Below are positions 11,799 through 19,339 of a stretch of 32,000 nt of DNA, one piece after another (position 1 is the first letter of the stretch; the number at the start of each line of letters is the position of its first letter). The notes under the pieces were generated by a model, which saw nothing but the letters and a program-made list of their open reading frames with translations, ran no database searches and had not been told where the DNA came from. The stretch comes from Aliivibrio fischeri ES114 (GTDB lineage: Bacteria; Pseudomonadota; Gammaproteobacteria; Enterobacterales; Vibrionaceae). The translations under genes and the position numbers were made by a program. The stretch lies in the NCBI RefSeq assembly GCF_000011805.1, contig NC_006840.2; one strand, given 5' to 3'.

Positions 11799-12527
11799 AT
11801 GATCGCATTGTTACGCCTGATTGCGTTGGCTATCTTTGCTGTCTTTACTTTTGTGTTTGGTTGCGGTTATTGCTTATTAAGCCCTCGTAATCCAAAGCAC
11901 GTTTATACTTTTGGTCGCTTATTTGCTCGAATGTCACGTGTTTTTGGTATCAAACTAGAAATCCGTGTACCAGAGAGTGCAAAAAGTTCAGAGCCAAGTT
12001 TATACATTGCGAATCACCAAAATAACTGGGATCTTTTTACTGTTTCTGGTGCTATTCAGCCAAGAACCGTAACGGTTGGTAAGAAAAGCTTAGCTTGGAT
12101 GCCATTATTTGGTCAGCTGTACTGGATTACAGGGAATATTTTGATCGACCGTAACAATCGCAGTAAAGCGGTAGGTACGATTGCTCAAGTGGCAGAGAAT
12201 ATTAAAAAGCGCAATGTTTCTGTTTGGATGTTTCCTGAGGGAACACGTTCACGTGGACGTGGATTGTTACCATTTAAAACGGGCGCTTTTCATGCCGCTA
12301 TCGCAGCGGATGTGCCTGTAACTCCGATTGTGTGTAGTAATACTCAAGGCAACATCAAGTTAAATCGTTGGAATAATGGACATGTAATTGTTGAAATTTT
12401 GCCACCGATTAGCAGTGAAGGGTACGAAAAAGACAATGTGCGTGAATTAGCTAATTTGTGCCGTGAGCAGATGATTACTAAATTAGAAGAATTAAATAAA
12501 GAAGTTGCAGAACGCAACCAAGCGTAA
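11799..12527 (+). CDS. plsC: 1-acyl-sn-glycerol-3-phosphate acyltransferase PlsC
   Basis: Colinear with recalled E. coli PlsC (…CLLSPRNPKHV…, NHQNNWD H-x4-D motif, FPEGTRS). The track ORF starts at 11727. The ATG at 11799 (MIALLRLI...) has TAGGAG 8 nt upstream and matches the 245-aa E. coli length. Confidence 0.92.
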   Translation: MIALLRLIALAIFAVFTFVFGCGYCLLSPRNPKHVYTFGRLFARMSRVFGIKLEIRVPESAKSSEPSLYIANHQNNWDLFTVSGAIQPRTVTVGKKSLAWMPLFGQLYWITGNILIDRNNRSKAVGTIAQVAENIKKRNVSVWMFPEGTRSRGRGLLPFKTGAFHAAIAADVPVTPIVCSNTQGNIKLNRWNNGHVIVEILPPISSEGYEKDNVRELANLCREQMITKLEELNKEVAERNQA

Positions 12528-12550
12528 TTAATCATCCTTAAATTTTATCT

Positions 12551-12586
12551 AAGGCATACGGTCTTCTGTGTGCCTTTTTCTTTTTT
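12551..12586 (+). terminator. Rho-independent terminator after plsC
   Basis: Stem aaggcatac / gtgtgcctt (9 bp, one G:U), 8-nt loop, then tttttctttttt. Confidence 0.8.
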
Positions 12587-12598
12587 AGATGTGTAGAC

Positions 12599-13144
12599 AT
12601 GACAGAATATGTAGTTCTTGTGAATGAGCAAGGTGATGCCATTGGTACAATGGAAAAATTAGAAGCGCATGAAAAAGGCTTGTTACATCTCGCTTTTTCA
12701 GTTTTGCTCTATCGTGAAACGGATTTAGGAAAAGAGTTTTTATTACAAAAGCGTGCCGAATGTAAATACCATAGTAAGAACAAATGGAGCAATACCTGTT
12801 GTTCTCACCCTCGAGTGAATGAAAACGTAGAGGTGGCGGGTACGCGACGTTTAAATGAAGAGATTGGTATTACTGGTGTTTTACCAGAGCAGTTCGTAAA
12901 TCTTGGTTGGTTTATTTATCAAGCTGAATTAGAAAATGGATTGAGTGAGCATGAGCAAGATTATATTTTGATTGCTAATACTCCAGATGTGAGTTTTATA
13001 TTGAACCCTGAAGAAGTCAGTGACATTCAGTGGTGGAGTGAAGCTGATATTGAAAAAGAAATGAAAGCAAACCCAGATACTTTTTCTGTTTGGTTTCCTA
13101 CTGTTTATAAGAAAGTACTTACTCACCTACAGCAAGTGAACTAA
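12599..13144 (+). CDS. idi: Isopentenyl-diphosphate delta-isomerase, type 1 (Nudix fold)
   Basis: 181 aa, colinear with recalled E. coli Idi. Catalytic and metal residues are retained (AHEKG, LHLAFS, TCCSHP for C67/H69, SEHEQD for E114/E116). Confidence 0.9.
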   Translation: MTEYVVLVNEQGDAIGTMEKLEAHEKGLLHLAFSVLLYRETDLGKEFLLQKRAECKYHSKNKWSNTCCSHPRVNENVEVAGTRRLNEEIGITGVLPEQFVNLGWFIYQAELENGLSEHEQDYILIANTPDVSFILNPEEVSDIQWWSEADIEKEMKANPDTFSVWFPTVYKKVLTHLQQVN

Positions 13145-13164
13145 GTCGATATTCTTTTATTAGA

Positions 13165-13203
13165 TAAAAATAAGGCAGAAAAGATTCTGCCTTATTTCGT
13201 TTT
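13165..13203. terminator. Bidirectional rho-independent terminator between convergent idi and ridA
   Basis: Perfect 9-bp stem aaggcagaa (13172-13180) / ttctgcctt (13185-13193), 4-nt loop. An A-run lies upstream and a T-rich tract downstream. Confidence 0.8.
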
Positions 13204-13217
13204 AATTTAGTGTTCGA

Positions 13218-13607
13218 TTATTTACGAACTGCAATAGCTTCGATTTCGATACCAACATCTTTTGGTAGACGAGCTACTTCAACACAAGAGCGAGCAGGGT
13301 AGTTTGCAACTTTGTGTTCGTCGAAGAAGTTACCATATACTTCGTTTACTGTGCCAAAGTCATTAAGATCTTTTACGAAAACTGTCATTTTTACAATGTC
13401 AGATACAGTTAGGCCAGAAGCTTCAACAACGGCTTTTACGTTCTCTAGTGATTGGCGTGCTTGCTCAGCGATATCGTCAGAAACTTCACCTGTAGCAGGG
13501 TTTACAGGGATTTGGCCTGAAGTCAGTACCATATTACCAAGGTCAACACCTTGAATGTATGGGCCAATAGCTGCTGGTGCATTATCTGTATGAAGAACTT
13601 TAGTCAT
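13218..13607 (-). CDS. ridA: Reactive enamine/imine deaminase RidA (YjgF/TdcF family)
   Basis: The track ORF starts at 13649. The ATG at 13607 (MTKVLHTDNAPAAIGPYIQG...) gives the canonical ~128 aa and has an AAGGA SD. It lies downstream of pyrBI, as in E. coli. Confidence 0.93.
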   Translation of the reverse strand: MTKVLHTDNAPAAIGPYIQGVDLGNMVLTSGQIPVNPATGEVSDDIAEQARQSLENVKAVVEASGLTVSDIVKMTVFVKDLNDFGTVNEVYGNFFDEHKVANYPARSCVEVARLPKDVGIEIEAIAVRK

Positions 13608-13696
13608 TGTTATGATTCCTTTTTGAAATAAAGTAAGTCTAAGGAGCAATAGGCCTTAGAAGCATTACGATTGTTCAATATAAAACAAATAACAGT

Positions 13697-13726
13697 AAGA
13701 AAACAGCCCCGAGAATATCGAGGCTG
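13697..13726 (-). terminator. Candidate intrinsic terminator after pyrI
   Basis: On the minus strand the stem is cagcctcga / tcggggctg (13726-13704, one mismatch), followed by ttttctt. Confidence 0.4.
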
Positions 13727-13745
13727 AGAAGAGAATCAAATTTAA

Positions 13746-14210
13746 TTAATTTAAGTCAGTGACTACTTCACGTGAGTATACTTTCTCACAGTATTTACAC
13801 TTCAGATGAATATCTTCTTTCTTTGTTAGAACTTTGAAGCTGCTGTCTACCGGTTCACCGTGAGTAATACAGTTACTGTTTGGACACTCAAAAACACCCG
13901 TGATTTGCTCTGGTAGCACTAATGGTATTTTCTTTACTACTTCATAGTTTTCAATTTGGTTAACTGTTGCGTGCGGTGCATATAATGCGAGTTTGCTTGC
14001 TTGCTCTGGAGTGATAAATGTATTTTCAATTTTTAATAAATCTTTTGCTCCAAGCGCTGATGAAGGTAAATTCAAACCAACAGTCACACGCTCTGCACTT
14101 TTATCCATTTGGAATAATTTAAGCACTTTAATCCCAATGTTAGCGGGAATATGATCGATTACCGTACCGTTGTTGATTGCTTCAACACGTAATTGAGTTT
14201 TGTTAGCCAT
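13746..14210 (-). CDS. pyrI: Aspartate carbamoyltransferase regulatory chain PyrI
   Basis: The ATG at 14210 ([22 protein letters not shown]...) gives 154 aa against 153 aa for E. coli. The Zn cysteines CPNSNC...CKYCE are present. The 5' extension in the track would overlap pyrB. Confidence 0.95.
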   Translation of the reverse strand: MANKTQLRVEAINNGTVIDHIPANIGIKVLKLFQMDKSAERVTVGLNLPSSALGAKDLLKIENTFITPEQASKLALYAPHATVNQIENYEVVKKIPLVLPEQITGVFECPNSNCITHGEPVDSSFKVLTKKEDIHLKCKYCEKVYSREVVTDLN

Positions 14211-14223
14211 GGTATTCTCTCCC

Positions 14224-15153
14224 TTAAAGTGTTTCATTTAAAACTAAAGCCAATAGAGCTTGGCGAGCATAAACACCATTTTCAGCCTGTTGGAAATAGT
14301 AAGCGTGTGGCGTTGCGTCTACATCGGTATCAATTTCATCAACACGTGGTAGTGGATGCAGTACTTTTAGATTTTCGCGTGCAGGTTGTAAGTTTTCAGC
14401 TGAAAGAATATATGCTGACTTGATGTGTGCGTATTCAGATTCATCAAAACGCTCTTTCTGTACTCGAGTCATGTATAGAATATCAAGTTCAGGAATTGCA
14501 TCATCCATGCTTTCAACCAATTGGTACTCAATACCTAGTTCATCAAGTTCTTCGCAAATGTAGTCAGGCATCGCTAATACTTCAGGAGCAATAAAGAAGA
14601 ATTTAATGCCTTCAAATTTTGCTAATGCTTGGGTCAGAGAGTGGACAGTACGACCGTATTTCAAATCACCAACGAAAGCGACGTTTAGATTATCTAAGCG
14701 ACCTTGAGTTTCATAAATGGTGTAAAGATCTAAGAGCGTTTGAGTTGGGTGTTGGTTTGCACCGTCACCAGCATTAATTACTGGTGTGCCGTTTGAGAAT
14801 TCAGACGCTAAGCGTGCAGCTCCTTCTTGTGGATGACGCATAACGTAAGCATCTGCGTATGAGGTAATGATTTGAACTGAATCCGCTAGCGTTTCCCCTT
14901 TTTGTGCAAGAGAGGTATTGCCAGCGGTATCGAAACCAATTACTGAACCACCTAAACGCTGGATGGCAGTTTCAAATGAAAGACGGGTACGAGTTGATGC
15001 TTCGAAGAAACAACTCGCCACGATTTTATTTTTCAATAAATCAGGTTGAGGTTCTTTTTTTATCTTCCCTGCCGTTTCAACGATCAGCTCTAACTCTTGA
15101 CGAGAAAGCTCTGGAATAGAAATGATATGCTTTTGATATAGCGAGTTAGTCAT
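14224..15153 (-). CDS. pyrB: Aspartate carbamoyltransferase catalytic chain PyrB
   Basis: 309 aa with motifs [14 protein letters not shown] and HPLPRV. Confidence 0.97.
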   Translation of the reverse strand: MTNSLYQKHIISIPELSRQELELIVETAGKIKKEPQPDLLKNKIVASCFFEASTRTRLSFETAIQRLGGSVIGFDTAGNTSLAQKGETLADSVQIITSYADAYVMRHPQEGAARLASEFSNGTPVINAGDGANQHPTQTLLDLYTIYETQGRLDNLNVAFVGDLKYGRTVHSLTQALAKFEGIKFFFIAPEVLAMPDYICEELDELGIEYQLVESMDDAIPELDILYMTRVQKERFDESEYAHIKSAYILSAENLQPARENLKVLHPLPRVDEIDTDVDATPHAYYFQQAENGVYARQALLALVLNETL

Positions 15154-15185
15154 GTCTCTCTTCCCTTATGTATTATATTGAAATC

Positions 15186-15216
15186 AAAAAAAAGCCCCCT
15201 AATAAATAGGAGGCTT
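15186..15216 (-). terminator. pyrBI leader attenuator (UTP-sensitive intrinsic terminator)
   Basis: On the minus strand: aagcctccta-tttat-tagggggctt (10-bp stem, one G:U), followed by a run of 8 T. It lies about 32 nt upstream of the pyrB ATG, and a T-rich pause tract (cccctattttttgattttcc) precedes it. This matches the architecture of the E. coli pyrBI attenuator. Confidence 0.8.
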
Positions 15217-15320
15217 TAAAAATTGGGTTGATTAGGAAAATCAAAAAATAGGGGACCACCACATTTTTTCAATGTAGCTACTCGGTCGACCGCTGTATGA
15301 AGATAAGTTAATAACATCAT
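15216..15320 (-). CDS. pyrL: pyrBI operon leader peptide (34 codons, or 33 from the second ATG)
   Basis: ATGATG at 15320 is preceded by AGGGA. It translates as MMLLTYLHTAVDRVATLKKCGGPLFFDFPNQPNF*. The TAA (15218-15216) abuts the first base of the attenuator stem. The Phe/Pro-rich tail coincides with the U-rich pause tract and resembles the KK..G.PFFFP segment of recalled E. coli PyrL. It is below the 60-aa cut-off of the ORF track. Confidence 0.65.
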   Translation of the reverse strand: MMLLTYLHTAVDRVATLKKCGGPLFFDFPNQPNF

Positions 15321-15343
15321 AATTCCCTAATAAATTGGGCGGA

Positions 15344-15371
15344 ATTATACTCGTATCAAATTCCTAAGCAA
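15344..15371 (-). promoter_or_regulatory. pyrBI promoter (sigma-70 type)
   Basis: On the minus strand: TTGCTT (15371-15366), 16-nt spacer, TATAAT (15349-15344). The predicted start region reads cccAATTTAtt, resembling the AATTTG reiterative-transcription start of E. coli pyrBI. Confidence 0.6.
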
Positions 15372-15398
15372 GCGTTTGCATCAAAAATTTGTATTCAA

Positions 15399-16403
15399 TT
15401 AACTACCAAGTGTTGCAACCATAACCGCTTTAATTGTGTGCATACGGTTTTCAGCTTCATCAAAAACAATGGAATATTCAGATTCAAAGACATCTTCTGT
15501 GACCTCTAAGCCATTCATACCGTACTTCTCGGCAATCTCCTTACCAAGTGTTGTTTCATCATTATGAAAAGCAGGTAAGCAGTGCATGAATTTCACATTA
15601 GGATTTTCAGTTGCTTTGATAACATCCATATTGATCTGATAAGGGGTCATTAAAGCAACGCGCTCATCCCATGCTTCAGGTGCTTCACCCATTGAGACCC
15701 ATACATCGGTATAAAGGAAGTCACAACCTTTAACGCCTTCTGTAACTTCTTCAGTTAACACAATTTTTGCACCAGTTTGTAGTGCAATTTCTTGGCATTG
15801 AGTAACCAACTCTTCTTCTGGCCAGAACTGTTTTGGTGCAACAAGGCGAATTTCCATTCCCATTTTTGCTGCTCCAACCATTAGAGAATTACCCATATTG
15901 TTTCGAGCATCACCAAGATAGGCAAACGTAATTTGGCTAAGTTGCTTTCCATTTGCATATTCTTGCATTGTTAGAAAATCAGCCAAGATTTGAGTTGGAT
16001 GAAATTCATCCGTTAATCCGTTCCATACAGGGACTCCTGCATATTGACCTAATTCTTCAACAATCGTTTGACCAAAACCACGATATTCAATGCCATCATA
16101 CATGCGGCCTAATACACGGGCGGTATCCTTCATGGATTCCTTATGGCCAATTTGGGATCCAGAAGGTCCAAGGTAAGTGACTTTAGCTCCTTGATCAAAG
16201 GCTGCAACTTCAAAGGCACAGCGAGTACGTGTTGATGACTTCTCAAAAATTAACGCAATGTTTTTCCCTGTTAAGCGAGGTTGTTCATAACCTGAGTACT
16301 TTGCTTTTTTCAGCTCAGCAGATAACTCAAGTAGATGTGCGATCTCTTTAGGGGTGAAATCTAATAGTTTTAAAAAGTTTCTATTACGTAAATTAAAAGC
16401 CAT
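15399..16403 (-). CDS. argF: Ornithine carbamoyltransferase (ArgF/ArgI type)
   Basis: Colinear with recalled E. coli ArgI, with motifs [13 protein letters not shown] and HCLPAFH. The track ORF begins at 16427. The ATG at 16403 ([16 protein letters not shown]...) lies 6 nt after AAGGAG. The adjacent ATG at 16406 is also possible. Confidence 0.95.
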   Translation of the reverse strand: MAFNLRNRNFLKLLDFTPKEIAHLLELSAELKKAKYSGYEQPRLTGKNIALIFEKSSTRTRCAFEVAAFDQGAKVTYLGPSGSQIGHKESMKDTARVLGRMYDGIEYRGFGQTIVEELGQYAGVPVWNGLTDEFHPTQILADFLTMQEYANGKQLSQITFAYLGDARNNMGNSLMVGAAKMGMEIRLVAPKQFWPEEELVTQCQEIALQTGAKIVLTEEVTEGVKGCDFLYTDVWVSMGEAPEAWDERVALMTPYQINMDVIKATENPNVKFMHCLPAFHNDETTLGKEIAEKYGMNGLEVTEDVFESEYSIVFDEAENRMHTIKAVMVATLGS

Positions 16404-16443
16404 CATGTGCTCCTTGCCAAAAATCAATCCAGTGATTTATAGT

Positions 16444-16482
16444 TATACATAAAAATTCATTAGTTGTGAATATTTATTTTGA
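16444..16482. promoter_or_regulatory. Tandem ARG boxes (ArgR operator) overlapping a candidate OTC promoter
   Basis: Box 1 is tatacataaaaATTCAtt (16444-16461). A 3-bp spacer (agt) follows, then box 2 tgTGAATatttattttga (16465-16482). The consensus is wnTGAATwwwwATTCAnw. Two 18-mers spaced by 3 bp is the classical ArgR operator geometry. They overlap the minus-strand TTCACA (16470-16465), 17-nt spacer, TATAAC (16447-16442). Confidence 0.55.
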
Positions 16483-16515
16483 TTTATTTAATGTGTATAT
16501 GTTTTTTGTTGAGAG

Positions 16516-17736
16516 TTAAATACCGTCTCTTTCTATTGGACAACTCATGCACCTAGCGCCTCCACGACCTCGCCCTAACTCATCACCGGTAATCGGAAGG
16601 ACATGAATACCTGCTTTGTCGTATTTCTCATTGGTATAGGTGTTTCGTTCATAAGCAACCACAACACCGGGTTTAATGGTTAAAACATTATTTGCATCGT
16701 GCCATTGTTCACGCTCAGCTTCATAGCTATCCCCACCGGTGGTAATAATATTTAAGTTATCTAATTCTAATGCTGACATTAATACATTTTGGAAGTTAGG
16801 CATTTCTTTAATATCTAAATGCTGCTCTCCACAAGGGGTGATTGACCAGCACCCCATATTTTTATCAATGACTCTTGGATAAACAGAAAAGACGTTGTGA
16901 TCCATATGCGTCATTACTGTATCTAGATGCATGCATGAACGGTCTTCGGGTAATTTAATAGCAATGACTTGTTTTGCTTGATGGGTTCTAAACAGTTGCT
17001 TGGCCAAGTTTTCAATGCCTTGAGGAGTCGTGCGTTCAGAGATACCGACTAATACATTGCCTTTGCCAATAACTAAAACATCCCCCCCTTCAATGGTCGC
17101 ATTATCGTAATAACGGTTTTCATCTTCAAAATAACGAGCAAAATCGTGATGAGAAAAAAGTGGATGCCAACGATAGATGGCTCTTAAATGGTTTGATTCT
17201 CTTTTACGAGCAGCCTTCGCCATAGGGTTAATTGATACACCACCATAAATCCAACATGAGGTGTCGCGAGTAAACAAATGATTTGGTAATGGGGCGATGA
17301 CAAAATCAAATGGATCACTTAATTGTTGAAGCATAGAAGGTGCTTTAAACGGAAGTTCAATGAAAGCTAAACCTCCCAATAAAATAGAAGCTAATTCTTT
17401 ATTACTGTGCTCAAGTAAGAAAACTCGGATTTGATTGGCGAAAGTAGGACCGAATCGATAGTGTGAGATTTGATGTTTAAGAAGCCACTCTTTTGCTTCT
17501 GGGTTTTCTAATGTTTGTTCTAATAAATCTTGAAGTAAGAGTACATCGACGTCTTGGTTTTCCAAGGTTTTAACAAATTGATCGTGTTCTAAAAGGGCTT
17601 TTTCTACTGATAGCACATCATCAAAAAGTAAGTTGTGACAATTAGTTGGAGTTAAATGACTGAGTGCTCGTTCAGGACGATGAAGAATAACACGGCGTAG
17701 TTGACCAATTTCAGAGCCAACAAATAATTTATTCAT
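16516..17736 (-). CDS. arcA: Arginine deiminase
   Basis: 406 aa with catalytic motifs FTRD, MHLDTV and C-terminal GGARCMSCP (nucleophilic Cys). Confidence 0.94.
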   Translation of the reverse strand: MNKLFVGSEIGQLRRVILHRPERALSHLTPTNCHNLLFDDVLSVEKALLEHDQFVKTLENQDVDVLLLQDLLEQTLENPEAKEWLLKHQISHYRFGPTFANQIRVFLLEHSNKELASILLGGLAFIELPFKAPSMLQQLSDPFDFVIAPLPNHLFTRDTSCWIYGGVSINPMAKAARKRESNHLRAIYRWHPLFSHHDFARYFEDENRYYDNATIEGGDVLVIGKGNVLVGISERTTPQGIENLAKQLFRTHQAKQVIAIKLPEDRSCMHLDTVMTHMDHNVFSVYPRVIDKNMGCWSITPCGEQHLDIKEMPNFQNVLMSALELDNLNIITTGGDSYEAEREQWHDANNVLTIKPGVVVAYERNTYTNEKYDKAGIHVLPITGDELGRGRGGARCMSCPIERDGI

Positions 17737-17847
17737 AAGATTCCTTTCTTTTAATATTTTTGTTACACCGCTATCATACCGTATAGATGTTAATTTTTCT
17801 TTACTTATTGAAGTGCTAGGGGATTTGCTTAGTACAGGCTATAATGA

Positions 17848-18306
<459 letters not shown>

Positions 18307-18329
18307 TTCATAGCCACTAAAGAACATAG

Positions 18330-18366
18330 ATGCCCTAGATGTGAATCATGTCTGGGGCATTTTTTT
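18330..18366 (+). terminator. Rho-independent terminator of rraB
   Basis: Stem atgccctaga (18330-18339) / tctggggcat (18351-18360), 10 bp with one G:U, 11-nt loop, then TTTTTT. Confidence 0.75.
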
Positions 18367-18376
18367 AAGGATGAAT

Positions 18377-19219
18377 ATGACGATAAACTCAAGAATTATA
18401 TTAAATAATGAGCAAGCCTTATGGCAGTTGTCGCCATTAACTGATACCTCATTACTAATTAAAGATATTCCTATTCAGCAAGGGATAAGTTCTGCTTTTG
18501 ATGAGCTCTCTTTATTACAAGTTGAAGCGCAAGAATGGCACTTAATGCGTTACTTCGATGTTGATGACACGCTTTTAAATTACCCTGCTATTGAACTTGT
18601 TATGAGCGGAGTCTCTCGTTATGCCGAAGTCCGTATTAATGGTGTTGCGGTATTTGATTGTACGGAAAAAATGACTCGCTACCGTAAAGACATTAAAGAG
18701 TATCTTCAAGTAGGTGGGAACCGATTTGAAGTGTTGTTTTTACAAGAAGATGAAGATGACTGGCTTATTGATGATGAGAATGAGACTAAGCTTTGTGATA
18801 TTAATCAGGCTTATCATCGTCGATTTGGTGCTGTTCAGGATATCGATATTAAAGAAGATATTGGTGTCTTTGGGGTTTGCTTTCTTCAACCTATTTCTCA
18901 CCTTGCGTTAAACCACATTAGCATTGAACAAATTTGGCACCATGGCTGCGAGTTAAAAGTGAATGTATTTTTTCAAACGTATAAAGCCAATTTGATATCA
19001 GCAAGTATTAAGTTTGATGGTATGACTTTAACGATTCCTGTTGATGTTCGTAGTGATCAGGTATCGGCACTTTTTCAAGTTGAGGCGCCTAAATATTGGA
19101 GTGATGAAAAAAACAATTTGGACGATTTATATCGTGTAGAAATTACTCTTGATGGGCAGTTGCACGAGTTGGAGTTTGGTTTGTGTGAAACGGAAAACGT
19201 GATTCATTTTCCCTTGTAG
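18377..19219 (+). CDS. Hypothetical protein resembling the N-terminal sugar-binding and Ig-like domains of GH2 beta-mannosidases; no catalytic TIM barrel
   Basis: Intact ORF bounded by terminators on both sides. Pattern-level resemblance to GH2 N-termini: EWHLMRYFDVD..L....IELV.SGV.RYAEVRINGV.....KMTRYRKDIK.YL..G.NRFEVLF, then QAYHRRFG....IGVFG.CFLQ, then PKYW...LY.VEI.L.....E.EFGL. The track start (GTG 18341) lies inside the rraB terminator loop. The ATG at 18377 follows AAGG by 6 nt; the ATG at 18371 is also possible. No signal peptide is visible. Confidence 0.6.
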   Translation: MTINSRIILNNEQALWQLSPLTDTSLLIKDIPIQQGISSAFDELSLLQVEAQEWHLMRYFDVDDTLLNYPAIELVMSGVSRYAEVRINGVAVFDCTEKMTRYRKDIKEYLQVGGNRFEVLFLQEDEDDWLIDDENETKLCDINQAYHRRFGAVQDIDIKEDIGVFGVCFLQPISHLALNHISIEQIWHHGCELKVNVFFQTYKANLISASIKFDGMTLTIPVDVRSDQVSALFQVEAPKYWSDEKNNLDDLYRVEITLDGQLHELEFGLCETENVIHFPL

Positions 19220-19290
19220 TAATACTAATCCCATTAATTATTTGAACATTATTACTGATTAAATCACTCAATAGTTACATTGATATAAAT

Positions 19291-19327
19291 AAAAAAGGTC
19301 GATGCGTTAACATCGACCTTTTATTTT
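19291..19327. terminator. Bidirectional rho-independent terminator between the GH2-like ORF and valS
   Basis: Perfect 10-bp stem aaggtcgatg (19295-19304) / catcgacctt (19311-19320), flanked by an A-run and ttatttt. Confidence 0.85.
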
Positions 19328-19339
19328 GCTTGCTCTAAA

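Noticed and set aside
18341-18376. GTG start at 18341 for the 292-aa version of the GH2-like ORF.
   Set aside because: The GTG lies in the loop of the rraB intrinsic terminator (18330-18366). The ATG at 18377, or 18371, after the T-run and an AAGG is a more credible start.
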